Source: Verrucomicrobiota bacterium (GTDB lineage Bacteria > Verrucomicrobiota > Verrucomicrobiia > Chthoniobacterales > UBA10450). Taken from it: 39,375 bases of DNA. The notes beneath the pieces were generated by a model. It saw only the letters and a program-made list of their open reading frames with translations. It did not search any database and was not told the origin of the DNA. Positions 16,699-26,295 of the stretch are shown in pieces. The stretch spans positions 1-39,375 of the forward strand of contig JBKPGQ010000008.1 in assembly GCA_046729455.1 (NCBI GenBank), given 5' to 3'. Every line of letters starts with the position of its first letter. Within the stretch, counting starts at the first letter, position 1. The position numbers were made by a program, and so were the translations under genes.

Positions 16699-16727
16699 GG
16701 GCGCTTGTGCCAGGCGGCCCAGTCTGC

Positions 16728-17681
16728 CTATTCGGATTCAGCGTTTGACACACACGCCGCTACACCCGTCGGGTTAGGTTCACCACGTTTTGGTAAATCC
16801 GGATCCAGAAAGCCGAGCATATGCGCGCGCTTGATTGTACGAACACCTTCCTTTTTTTGCATGGCCTCGATGCTTTGATGGAATTTTTCCATCTTCGTCC
16901 AATGCACTTTGGGCCGGAAATGATGCTCGGCATGATAACCGTTATAAAAAAACAGCCAGTTGTAGATTTTTCCGTAGCTGCTTACACCCCAGGCGATCGG
17001 TTTGTCGGGATTTGCTCCATAATGCCGGTAGTAGCCATTGAGATAACTGAAGCAGTGGCCCAGGTACCAGAACGGCAGGAAATAAAAAATCACGAAGCGC
17101 CAGTTAAACAGGAACATTACAAAGAGCGTGGTCGCGAAAGCAGCCAACTCAAGGGTGCCCCAGAATAGATCGCCATTTTTGCGCTTCCGAAGTTCTCTAC
17201 GAATTGCTCCGACGTCGTCGCGAAAGAAACTCAGGAACACATAGCTCCATGGATTTTCCGCCTCACCGTCGTGGCCGTGACGATAAATTGATAACCAATC
17301 GACCGTCTCGCCGTTTTCGCCCTGGCGATCGGAATTGCCCCTGTGATGCTGCATGTGCACGGCGTCGTACATCGTCTGCGAGAAGCAGCAGGCGATGGAT
17401 TGTGTGACTCCAAAAATGCGATTCAGAGTCGTGGAGCGGAAGAACGGATTGTGAATGAAATTGTGCCCCACTCCATTGATGTTCGCATTGACCATCAGCG
17501 AATAAATGAACCCGAGAATCAGCATCACCCACAACGGCGCATGCGGGTAAAGGAAAAATAGTCCAACGAAATAAGCCAGATGAAATAGGCCAGCCAACGT
17601 GGGAATGGCATCCCAGCGCGTATGCGCGAAGACCTTGGAATTTGTGGTCGGCCGTTCTATTGGAATAACTTCGGCATTCAT
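16728..17681 (-). CDS. Integral-membrane fatty-acid-desaturase-superfamily protein, copy 2 (paralog of 6285..7208)
   Basis: His boxes HNFIHN, HMQHH and HAEHH. It is collinear with copy 1 over essentially its full length, with a majority of residues identical by eye. Confidence 0.85.
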   Translation of the reverse strand: MNAEVIPIERPTTNSKVFAHTRWDAIPTLAGLFHLAYFVGLFFLYPHAPLWVMLILGFIYSLMVNANINGVGHNFIHNPFFRSTTLNRIFGVTQSIACCFSQTMYDAVHMQHHRGNSDRQGENGETVDWLSIYRHGHDGEAENPWSYVFLSFFRDDVGAIRRELRKRKNGDLFWGTLELAAFATTLFVMFLFNWRFVIFYFLPFWYLGHCFSYLNGYYRHYGANPDKPIAWGVSSYGKIYNWLFFYNGYHAEHHFRPKVHWTKMEKFHQSIEAMQKKEGVRTIKRAHMLGFLDPDLPKRGEPNPTGVAACVSNAESE

Positions 17682-17775
17682 AGGGGAATCGGTATTGAAA
17701 CTTCGCTACAGAAAGTTGATTGGCAAGTTTTGAAGATTGCCAAGGGGACTGCTACACGCCTAAGTTAGCCGCTCG

Positions 17776-18750
17776 ATGTTCGCGCTCCAGCCGGAATTAA
17801 AGATTTTCAGCGGCTCCGCCAACCGCGATCTAGCCGAGCGCATTTGCAAATACGTGGGCGTGCCACTAGGCCGGGCGACAATCAGCTCGTTTCCCGACGG
17901 CGAGACGTACGTAAAAATCGAGGAAAACATCCGAGGCCACGACGTTTTCATCATTCAACCAACCTGTCCGCCCACCAACCAACATCTGATGGAGTTGCTC
18001 ATCATGGTGGACGCGGCGCGGCGCGCCAGCGCGGATCGAATCACTGCCGTGATTCCATTTTTCGGATACGCGCGCCAGGACCGAAAAGATCAACCGCGCG
18101 TCCCCATTACCGCCAAGCTCGTGGCGAATTTGCTGTACGCCTCGGGCGTGAACCGCGTCCTTACCATGGATTTGCACGCGCAACAGGTGCAAGGGTTTTT
18201 CGACATCCCGGTGGACCACCTCTATTCCCTCCCGGTTTTGATCAAGTATTTGCGAAAAGAGCTTACGGGGAAAACAACAGTTGTTTCTCCGGATTTGGGC
18301 GGACTCAAGATGGCTTCAGCCTACGCGGAAGCGTTGCATGCGAATCTCGCGATTGTGGCGAAGGAACGCCGAAGCGCCACGGAGACTGAGGCGCTATACC
18401 TGATCGGCGAAGTGGAGGGGCGCGATGTGCTGTTGGTTGATGATCTTACCGAGACGGCTGGCACGCTGACTTCCGCCGCTGAGCTTTTGAAGAAGCGCGG
18501 CGCGCAAAAAATATACGCCGGTGTCTCGCACGCTGTTCTCGTTGATATGGCAATCGAACGTTTGCAAAAGTCTCAAATTGCGGAATTAGTAACCACCAAC
18601 AGCACGCCTGTGCGCGCCGTGAAAGGGTTTAAAACCACGGTCCTATGCGTTTCCGAGCTTCTCGGCGAAGGCATCAAGCGGATTCATAATGACGAGTCAG
18701 TCTCGTCGCTGTTTAACATAGAGAACGGAACAAATGGCAAAACAGGTTAA
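17776..18750 (+). CDS. prs: Ribose-phosphate pyrophosphokinase
   Basis: Conserved blocks IFSGSANRDLAERI, YARQDRK, DLHAQQVQGFFDIPVDHL, and PRPP-binding VLLVDDLTETAGT. Confidence 0.92.
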   Translation: MFALQPELKIFSGSANRDLAERICKYVGVPLGRATISSFPDGETYVKIEENIRGHDVFIIQPTCPPTNQHLMELLIMVDAARRASADRITAVIPFFGYARQDRKDQPRVPITAKLVANLLYASGVNRVLTMDLHAQQVQGFFDIPVDHLYSLPVLIKYLRKELTGKTTVVSPDLGGLKMASAYAEALHANLAIVAKERRSATETEALYLIGEVEGRDVLLVDDLTETAGTLTSAAELLKKRGAQKIYAGVSHAVLVDMAIERLQKSQIAELVTTNSTPVRAVKGFKTTVLCVSELLGEGIKRIHNDESVSSLFNIENGTNGKTG

Positions 18751-19432
18751 GTTAAAGGCAGAGCCGCGGGCTGACGTCGGTCGCTCGGGTGTACGCAAGC
18801 TACGAGCCCGCGGAATTATTCCAGCCATCATTTACGGGGGGAAAGTCAAACCGCAGTCCTTGCAAGTCGCCGCCCGGGACATCAACGCAATGATGAGCCA
18901 CGCCTCTGGCGAAAACGTCTTGGTCGAACTCGAAATCGCGGGCGAAAAATCGAATCGCGCCGCTCTCGTGCAAGAGGTGCAGCATTCACCAGTGGGTGGA
19001 GAAATCGTCCATGTCGATTTTCATGCCATATCCATGGATGAAACGATCCAGGCTGAAGTTCCTCTCGAACCAACTGGTACGCCTGTCGGCGTTAAGACTT
19101 TTGGCGGACTGCTTGAGCAGAGCCTGAGAGCGCTGGCCATCGAGTGTTTGCCTCGTGATTTGCCAGATCGGATCACCGTAGACGTTTCACAATTGAATAT
19201 CGGCGATTCCATCCACGTGCGCGACATTCAACTGCCTTCCGGAGTAACTGCGAAGGTGCCAGCGGATTTGACGGCATTTTCCGTGCTGGCTCCAGTGGTC
19301 GAAGAAGAACCGGTTACCGTTGAAGCTGAAGCTGCCGCGGCCGCAGGCCCGGAAGTTATCACCGAGAAGAAGGAAGAGGGCGAAGCTGCTGGCGCCGCGC
19401 CGACTGCAAAGGAAAGAGAGCAAAAGAAGTAG
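18734..19432 (+). CDS. rplY: 50S ribosomal protein L25 / general stress protein Ctc form
   Basis: N-terminus KLKAEPRADVGRSGVRKLRARGIIPAIIYGG is typical of L25/Ctc. It has a two-domain length with an acidic/Ala-rich tail. The prs-rplY-pth order is a conserved synteny. Confidence 0.9.
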   Translation: MAKQVKLKAEPRADVGRSGVRKLRARGIIPAIIYGGKVKPQSLQVAARDINAMMSHASGENVLVELEIAGEKSNRAALVQEVQHSPVGGEIVHVDFHAISMDETIQAEVPLEPTGTPVGVKTFGGLLEQSLRALAIECLPRDLPDRITVDVSQLNIGDSIHVRDIQLPSGVTAKVPADLTAFSVLAPVVEEEPVTVEAEAAAAAGPEVITEKKEEGEAAGAAPTAKEREQKK

Positions 19433-19497
19433 CTTTCTTGATTGCGGATTGCAAAAATTGCCAGTCCGGCTCGGACTGGATCGCGGCTTGAGCGGAC

Positions 19498-20073
19498 GTG
19501 GAAGAATCGTTGATTCGCCTGGTAGCTGGGCTGGGAAACCCTGGGCCGGAATATGCAGCCACCCGGCACAACATTGGTTTCATGGTAGCCGATCAGCTTG
19601 CCGCGCAGTTTGGATCGACTTGGGAGAAGTCGACAAAGTGGGACGCACTAATGGCCAAATGCAGCGATGTGTTTCTGGTAAGACCAATGAGCCACATGAA
19701 CCGGAGTGGCTACCCCCTCCTGAAAATAGCGCAGTATTACAAGATCAAGCCGCCGGAGATTCTTGTGGTGCTTGATGATATGGCGTTGCCGCTCGGCCGC
19801 CTGAGATTGCGGGCCAGCGGTGGATCGGGCGGCCATAACGGCCTCGAATCGGTCATTATGCAATTTGGCACCGAAGAAATCCCCCGTCTCCGAATTGGAA
19901 TCGGAGAGCCTCCACCTGCAGGATCAGTCGATTACGTATTGAGCCGGTTCTTTGAAGAGGAAAAGCCGATTGTTAGATCCACAATCGATCGCGCAGTAGG
20001 AGCGGTGAAATGCGCGATTGACAATGATCTCATTTCCGCGATGAACATTTTCAACAAAACTGAAGAACCATGA
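19498..20073 (+). CDS. pth: Peptidyl-tRNA hydrolase
   Basis: GLGNPGPEYAATRHNIGF and GGHNGL motifs. GTG start. Confidence 0.9.
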   Translation: MEESLIRLVAGLGNPGPEYAATRHNIGFMVADQLAAQFGSTWEKSTKWDALMAKCSDVFLVRPMSHMNRSGYPLLKIAQYYKIKPPEILVVLDDMALPLGRLRLRASGGSGGHNGLESVIMQFGTEEIPRLRIGIGEPPPAGSVDYVLSRFFEEEKPIVRSTIDRAVGAVKCAIDNDLISAMNIFNKTEEP

Positions 20074-20399
20074 AACACCATTACGAAGCTCTGCTTGTGC
20101 TGAACACACAAGGCAGGGAAGATACAGTCAAGGAAGTCATCGATCGATTGGAATCCGAATTCCGACAAGAAGGCGCCCAGATCGAACAGGTGCAGAAAAT
20201 GGATAAGCGCCAGTTTTCCTACGTCGCAGGACCGCTCAACGCCGGATATTACGTTAACTTTGTCTTCAACGCTGAGCCGCAGTCGATTGCAAAACTGCGC
20301 TTAAAATTCAAGCTCGACCCAGAGGTTTATCGCCAAAGTTACCAGCGAGTCGAGCAAAAGAGGGAAAAGCCTGCGAAAAGGATGGCGAAACCGAAATGA
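20070..20399 (+). CDS. rpsF: 30S ribosomal protein S6
   Basis: 109 aa. N-terminus MKHHYEALLVLN is S6-like. It sits directly upstream of ssb (conserved rpsF-ssb linkage), and its start overlaps the pth stop (ATGA). Confidence 0.85.
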   Translation: MKHHYEALLVLNTQGREDTVKEVIDRLESEFRQEGAQIEQVQKMDKRQFSYVAGPLNAGYYVNFVFNAEPQSIAKLRLKFKLDPEVYRQSYQRVEQKREKPAKRMAKPK

Positions 20400-20416
20400 C
20401 TTGGGTATAAGCAGTC

Positions 20417-20866
20417 ATGGCCAGTTTCAACAAAGTCATTCTGCTTGGAAATCTCACGCGCGATCCCGAGGTTCGCTATACGCCCAAGGGCAGCGCGGTG
20501 TGCGATCTCGGCATCGCCGTCAACCGCGTTTACACAACTGAGGGCGGGGAGAGACGCGAAGAAGTTACCTTTGTCGATGTTGTGCTGTGGGCGCGTCTGG
20601 CCGAAATCGCTGGGGAATATTTAAGGAAAGGCAGGCCAGTTTTCATCGAGGGCCGTCTGCAAATGGATAGCTGGGATGACAAGCAGACCGGGCAAAAGCG
20701 GACTAAACTTCGCGTTGTGGGCGAGAGCATGCAGTTGCTAGGCGGTCGTCCGGGCGGCGCCGTGGGTGAGACCGCCGAGGAAGATCGAAGCGCTGGCAGC
20801 AAAGCGACTGCACCGCCGAAGTCCGCAACGTCGGCCGCGCCAGACGACGACGAGATCCCCTTCTAG
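20417..20866 (+). CDS. ssb: Single-stranded DNA-binding protein
   Basis: OB-fold N-terminus (FNKVILLGNLTRDPEVRYTPKGSAV), a Gly/Ala/Pro-rich linker, and the acidic tip DDDEIPF. Confidence 0.9.
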   Translation: MASFNKVILLGNLTRDPEVRYTPKGSAVCDLGIAVNRVYTTEGGERREEVTFVDVVLWARLAEIAGEYLRKGRPVFIEGRLQMDSWDDKQTGQKRTKLRVVGESMQLLGGRPGGAVGETAEEDRSAGSKATAPPKSATSAAPDDDEIPF

Positions 20867-20899
20867 AAAAAGCGCGAGCGTCCAGCTTGCGGCTTACGA

Positions 20900-22000
20900 A
20901 TGAACGCGACGGGAGCATGTATCGCGCTCAATATGCTACCGACCGTCGGGCCAGTGAGGCTGCGAAAATTACTCGAAGTATTCAAGGAGCCGCAAGAAAT
21001 TCTCGGAGCGAAGCGCAACGAGCTTCGAAAAGTCGAAGGAATCGGCAACGAAGTAGCCGATCAAATTAGCAACTGGGAATCGATTGTCGATCTTGGCGCG
21101 GAGCTTGACCGGATTCGCGAATTCGGAGCCACGGTCATAACGCAGGAATCACCGTCGTATCCCAGGGCGCTGCGCGAGATTCATGCGCCGCCGATCGTGC
21201 TTTACGTTTGGGGCGAACTAAAAGAACGCGACCATCACGCAATCGGCATCATCGGCGCGCGGCGCACTACACATTACGGAGTCGAATCCGCGAAGAAGCT
21301 CGCATATCAGCTCGCCTATGCGGGGTTGACCGTCATCAGTGGACTAGCGCGCGGGATCGACACTGCGGCACATCAAGGAGCGCTCGCAGCAAAAGGCCGC
21401 ACGATCGCGGTGATCGGCTCCGGGCTGGCAAGACTCTATCCGCCGGAGAACGCTGCGCTTGCCGAAAAAATTCGAGCAGGAAATGGGGCGGTCGTGTCCG
21501 AATTTTCCATGGAAATTGAACCAGACCGCCAAACCTTCCCAATGCGCAACCGGATCATTTCGGGTTGGAGTCACGGGATTCTCGTCGTGGAGGCAGGCTT
21601 GAATAGCGGGGCGCTCATCACGGCATCGCAAGCACTAGAACAAGGGAGATCGGTTTACGCCGTTCCCGGCCACATCAACGCGCCGAGCGCGATGGGATCT
21701 AATCGTCTCATTCAGCAAGGCGCCAAGCTGGTCATGGATGCCAGCGACATCCTGGATGATCTGCAGATTCTTCTGCCTGAGACAAAACCGTCCGCCGAAG
21801 CCGCGGCGCGGCCCTTGCCGCCGCTTTCCGAGGAAGAGCGCCGCATCTACGACGCCATCGAAGCGACGGAGACATCAATTGATGACATCACAGAGAAAAC
21901 ACACCTGCCAAGCGCGACAGTTTCGTCCACCCTGTTGCAATTGGAATTGAAGCGTTTGGTCAAACAATTGCCGGGGAAATACTTCGTAAGGCTGGGATAG
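20900..22000 (+). CDS. dprA: DNA-processing protein DprA/Smf
   Basis: Rossmann-like core with GLARGIDTAAHQGAL and FPMRNRIISG motifs. C-terminal winged-helix-like extension. Confidence 0.85.
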   Translation: MNATGACIALNMLPTVGPVRLRKLLEVFKEPQEILGAKRNELRKVEGIGNEVADQISNWESIVDLGAELDRIREFGATVITQESPSYPRALREIHAPPIVLYVWGELKERDHHAIGIIGARRTTHYGVESAKKLAYQLAYAGLTVISGLARGIDTAAHQGALAAKGRTIAVIGSGLARLYPPENAALAEKIRAGNGAVVSEFSMEIEPDRQTFPMRNRIISGWSHGILVVEAGLNSGALITASQALEQGRSVYAVPGHINAPSAMGSNRLIQQGAKLVMDASDILDDLQILLPETKPSAEAAARPLPPLSEEERRIYDAIEATETSIDDITEKTHLPSATVSSTLLQLELKRLVKQLPGKYFVRLG

Positions 22001-22094
22001 GTATAGCGTTATGCGGGTTTCCGCGGGGCACGCGTGTCTAAAAAACGTCTCCGACTTGCAAAAGTCCCGTAACTGGGTTCGATTGCCAGCCCCC

Positions 22095-25007
22095 ATGTCC
22101 AAGTCTCTCATAATTACGGAGAAGCCATCGGTTGCCGGCGACATCGCCAAGGCGCTGGGTGGCTTCAAGAAAGGCAAGGATTACTACGAGAATGAGAAAT
22201 ATCTCATCTCGTGGGCAATCGGCCACTTGTTTGAGCTCGCGGTACCTGCGTCCATGAAAGAGCAGGACAAGTGGAACATGAACAAACTGCCCATCATGCC
22301 GGCCGAATTTGAGCTTGCGCCCGCGGAAAAAATGGGCGGCCGAGTCAATGTTCTTCGTAAGCTCATCAAAGACAAAAATGTTTCCGACATCATCAATGCC
22401 TGCGACGCGGGTCGCGAAGGCGAATTGATCTTTCGCTACATCGTTCAATACGCCGGGACAAAAAAGCCAATCAAGCGTCTCTGGTTGCAATCGATGACGC
22501 CGGAGGCCATCCGCGAAGGATTTGCCCGACTGCGCAGCGATACCGAGATGCAGCCACTGGCCAGCGCAGCACGTAGCCGGAACGAGGCGGACTGGCTGGT
22601 CGGCATCAACGCGACGCGCGCTTTTACGTTGCGGCTTAGTGGCGGGCGGGGCAGCACGGTGACTTCCCTCGGGCGCGTGCAGACACCGACCCTCGCAATC
22701 ATCGTTGATCGCGAGAAAAAGATTCAGGAGTTCAAAGCTCGCGAACTGCATGAGATCATCGGTAAATTTCGTGCCGCAGCGGCCGAATATGCGGGTCGAT
22801 GGTTCGATGAAGCGTTCAAGAAAGACGAGACTGAAGTTGAGCGAACACAGAGACTGCTGGACCGCCTTCAACTGAATTTGCCCGCTGCAGAGCAGCAGCT
22901 TGACTCTGCAAACGGCTCGCTTTGGGACGAGCACCGCGCTGCGCCGCGATTATGGCATCGCGAAATTGCAGATGCCATTCAGCGCACGTGCAGTGGCAAG
23001 GATGGGATCGTCGAACTGGAGGAGAAGAAGCCGACGACCCAGGTCGCTCCGCAACTGTATGATCTTACGACGTTGCAACGCGAAGCGAACAATCGTTTCG
23101 GTTTCTCGGCGAAACGCACATTACAAATCGCGCAGGCCCTTTATGAGAAGCACAAAGCCATCACTTATCCGCGCACAGACTCGCGGGCTTTGCCGGAAGA
23201 TTACATAGGCACCGTAAGATCGACGCTGGCCAAGATCGATAATCCATTCGCTCGAAGAGTGCTCGATAACAATTGGGTTAAGGCCAACAGACGTATCTTC
23301 AACAACGCAAAAGTAAGCGATCATTTTGCGATTATTCCGACCGGCACCATTTCACACTCACTCGATGATCACGAGCAAAAGCTCTTCGATATGGTGACCA
23401 AACGCTTCGTGGCCATATTCTTCCCGCCTGCTCAATACCAGAACACGACTCGGATCACGCGTGTCGAAGGCGAGCCGTTCAAGACGGAAGGGAAAATTCT
23501 GGTCGCACCTGGATGGCTAGAAGTTTATGGCCGCGAAACCGCCAGTGAGAAACCGGAAGACAACCTGCCGCCAGTGGCCCAAGGCGAGCGCGTCGCAACA
23601 ATCGGCGTCGAAATCAAAACAGATCAAACTAAGCCGGCGGCTCGCTACAGCGAAGCGACCATCCTCAGCGCGATGGAAGCCGCAGGAAAGCTTGTCGAGG
23701 ACGAAGAACTGCGCGACGCGATGAAAGAGAAAGGGCTGGGAACACCGGCCACTCGCGCGTCCATCATCGAAACATTGATTTCAGCGCATTACCTGACCCG
23801 ACAAGGAAAGGAACTGCAGCCGACGGCGAAGGCTATTCAGACGATCACGCTTTTGAAAAATGCCGTGCCAGAGCTGACCAGCCCGGAGCTCACCGGTGAA
23901 TGGGAATTTCGTTTGCGCGAAATCGAGCATAAGAAGCTTACGCGCGACGCGTTTATGCGCGACATTCGCCATCTCACTGAAGAAATCGTCGGCAAGGCGA
24001 AGCATTTTCATCCCGATGAGCATATGCCCGACAGCGAGCCGTTTGGCACCTGCCCAAAGTGCGGTTCCCCCATCATCGAGCGCTTCAAGAGCTTTACCTG
24101 CACAAACGAGGAGTGCGACTTCACGATCTGGAAGACTATCGCCGGCCGATTGCTGAGTCGGGAAGAATTTGAGACTCTCGTCCGTGACAAGCACGTCGGG
24201 CCTTTGAGCGGGTTTCGCAGCAGAAAAGGCAAGCGTTTCCCCGCGGTGCTCAAGCTAAGCGACGATTTCAAGGCTGAATTCGATTTCGGACCGAATGGTC
24301 AGGAGAACGGCGCCGCGCAACCGGTGGACTTCTCGGGAAAGGAGCCGCTCGGCCAATGTCCAAAGTGTGGCGGGCGCGTGTTCGAGTTGGGAATGAGCTA
24401 TGTCTGCGAAAATTCAGTAGGTCCGAATAAGAGCTGCGACTTCCGAGCAGGCAAAGTCATCCTGCAACAGTCGATAGACTCCGAGCAGATGAAAAAACTG
24501 CTCAGCGCCCGCAAGACTGATTTGTTTCCGCGCTTCATTTCCCGAAAAGGCAGACCGTTCAAAGCATTCCTGGTGATCACCGACAAGAAAGACGTAGGCT
24601 TCGAATTCGAAAAGCGCGAGCCAAAGGCAAGAAAAGAACGAAAGCCCAAGGAATCGGTCGCCAAAATCGATTTTTCAGGACAAGAGACGCTTGGAGAATG
24701 TCCAATGTGTGGCGGAAAGATTTTCGAAACTAAGAATAGCTACATCTGTGAGCGATCGCAGGCTGACCGAAAGCCATGCAAATTCAAGCTAAGCAAAACA
24801 ATCCTCGGTAAGGACATTCCGAAAGAGCAGGCGCAGAAGCTACTGGCAACGGGAAAAACGGATCTCTTGGAGGGTTTCATCTCGAAGAGAGGACGCCCGT
24901 TCTCCGCCTACTTGAAATTGGAGCACGGGAAAGTCGGTTTCGAGTTTCCGGAGAAAGCGGTAGCTACAAAAGAATCTAGCCAAGCGAACTCTCAAAGCAT
25001 GTCTTGA
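22095..25007 (+). CDS. Type IA DNA topoisomerase with topoisomerase III-like N-terminus and three C-terminal zinc-ribbon/repeat modules
   Basis: I take the ATG at 22095 as the start (MSKSLIITEKPSVAGDIAKALGG...WAIGHLFEL). The EKPS and IGHL signatures are those of TopB rather than TopA (ESPAK/VGHIRDL). The Toprim DxD (CDAGREGE) is present. Three tandem modules start near nt 24051, 24357 and 24699, each with CP(K/M)CG...C...C followed by (F)xS(R)KG(R/K)xFxAxL. Confidence 0.85.
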   Translation: MSKSLIITEKPSVAGDIAKALGGFKKGKDYYENEKYLISWAIGHLFELAVPASMKEQDKWNMNKLPIMPAEFELAPAEKMGGRVNVLRKLIKDKNVSDIINACDAGREGELIFRYIVQYAGTKKPIKRLWLQSMTPEAIREGFARLRSDTEMQPLASAARSRNEADWLVGINATRAFTLRLSGGRGSTVTSLGRVQTPTLAIIVDREKKIQEFKARELHEIIGKFRAAAAEYAGRWFDEAFKKDETEVERTQRLLDRLQLNLPAAEQQLDSANGSLWDEHRAAPRLWHREIADAIQRTCSGKDGIVELEEKKPTTQVAPQLYDLTTLQREANNRFGFSAKRTLQIAQALYEKHKAITYPRTDSRALPEDYIGTVRSTLAKIDNPFARRVLDNNWVKANRRIFNNAKVSDHFAIIPTGTISHSLDDHEQKLFDMVTKRFVAIFFPPAQYQNTTRITRVEGEPFKTEGKILVAPGWLEVYGRETASEKPEDNLPPVAQGERVATIGVEIKTDQTKPAARYSEATILSAMEAAGKLVEDEELRDAMKEKGLGTPATRASIIETLISAHYLTRQGKELQPTAKAIQTITLLKNAVPELTSPELTGEWEFRLREIEHKKLTRDAFMRDIRHLTEEIVGKAKHFHPDEHMPDSEPFGTCPKCGSPIIERFKSFTCTNEECDFTIWKTIAGRLLSREEFETLVRDKHVGPLSGFRSRKGKRFPAVLKLSDDFKAEFDFGPNGQENGAAQPVDFSGKEPLGQCPKCGGRVFELGMSYVCENSVGPNKSCDFRAGKVILQQSIDSEQMKKLLSARKTDLFPRFISRKGRPFKAFLVITDKKDVGFEFEKREPKARKERKPKESVAKIDFSGQETLGECPMCGGKIFETKNSYICERSQADRKPCKFKLSKTILGKDIPKEQAQKLLATGKTDLLEGFISKRGRPFSAYLKLEHGKVGFEFPEKAVATKESSQANSQSMS

Positions 25008-25055
25008 GACGAAAGGCCGCTTAGCCATTACCTGGTTTCAGTTCGCGCCGCTGCG

Positions 25056-26018
25056 TTAATCAGCCTGCTGCCCCAGAGGCGCACCCTGTTGTTGCACATG
25101 ATGCACCATCGCCACCGCGGCGATCAGCACGAACGCTGCGATCAGCTGATGCAGGTGAAGCGTCGCGTGGAAAATGCCCCACGTGATGCACACCGCAGCG
25201 AGCGTTTGCATCATTTCGAAATAGCCGGCCGTTGATGCGCGCGTAAGACGCAGTCCTTCAAAATAAACCAAGAGCGGAATTCCACCTGAGACTGACGCCA
25301 GGAACAACAGTAAGACGATTGCCTTAACAGTGTGCACTTGCGCCGCTGCTGGCCAGAGTGCTGCGCCGTGAAGTTTGCCGTAGCCCAGAAGAATCAGCGT
25401 CATGCATGCGAGGCCAACAACGATGCGCATGCTCGAGGCAAGTCGAAGCGACATGCCGATCATCACGCCGCGACCGGCCACAGTAGAGAGTCCCCAGAAA
25501 AGCGCACAGATCAGTGCATATCCGGATCCAACATTCAGGCCGGCGCGTTCAAAAGAGACGCCGATCATGGTTGGGTGGGTCACAGAAACGAAGATACCGG
25601 CGACGATTGCGATGCCAGCATAAATGAAGAAACGACGGGCAAGCCGGTCGCCAAAAAGCAGGAACGCCCCAACGGTTGATATAACGGGTTGGATATTTAG
25701 AACGACATTCACCACCGTCGGGTTCCCGTACTTTAGTGCTAGAGTGAAGAAGATCGTGCCGACTGCCGAGCCGGCGAATCCTGAAAAAACAAGATAACCC
25801 CACGTCCGCACGTGGACTTTTGGAATCTCGCATAAGCGCGAAATCAAAATCGGCAGGAACATGACCAGAATGAGCACGTGTTCCCAGAAAACGATTACCT
25901 TGGCGTCGAACAACTCGTTAAGCGGGACCCGCCAGGCACTCTCCGTCCCCCAGAGCGCGGCACCTAGACCAACCAGCCATGGACCGTAGTGAGCGCTACG
26001 CGGCGCGCGCGTTTGCAT
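25056..26018 (-). CDS. DMT-superfamily (EamA-like) transporter
   Basis: About ten hydrophobic segments in two similar halves. The ORF track extends to 26264, but the first 82 residues are non-membrane and basic. The ATG at 26018 (MQTRAPRSAHYGPWLVGLGAALWG) is the more plausible start. Confidence 0.7.
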   Translation of the reverse strand: MQTRAPRSAHYGPWLVGLGAALWGTESAWRVPLNELFDAKVIVFWEHVLILVMFLPILISRLCEIPKVHVRTWGYLVFSGFAGSAVGTIFFTLALKYGNPTVVNVVLNIQPVISTVGAFLLFGDRLARRFFIYAGIAIVAGIFVSVTHPTMIGVSFERAGLNVGSGYALICALFWGLSTVAGRGVMIGMSLRLASSMRIVVGLACMTLILLGYGKLHGAALWPAAAQVHTVKAIVLLLFLASVSGGIPLLVYFEGLRLTRASTAGYFEMMQTLAAVCITWGIFHATLHLHQLIAAFVLIAAVAMVHHVQQQGAPLGQQAD

Positions 26019-26295
26019 TTGCAAGCGTGTATCGTCGGTAGTGCGTCGCGTCAATGCGACGCGCTCAATGAAAGCGATGCAAGACACATCGCGCTTCAAA
26101 GCACCGCGTGCGAAATCCAATAAAAGATCCGTCCGTTTTCGCGAAAGCTTTCGGCTCGCCGCGCGGTAGCCATGCGAATGCGGGAGTGTGTACGCGTCCT
26201 CGCGTAGTTTTTCCAATTCGTCCGCTAACTCGTACAAACAATCAAAGAAGCGTTGACACCACAAGGAATAGTATGGTAATTGCGATTCTCATACT

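Noticed and set aside
22038-22934. 298-aa ORF on the - strand
   Set aside because: It is antisense to the topoisomerase core domain. Its low-complexity composition rich in Arg, Leu, Ala and Gly marks it as a shadow ORF.
26019-26264. 82-codon N-terminal extension of the EamA transporter ORF
   Set aside because: It is non-hydrophobic and basic, and it reaches to within ~30 nt of the divergent nrdR start, leaving almost no promoter space. The transporter fold begins right after the internal ATG at 26018.
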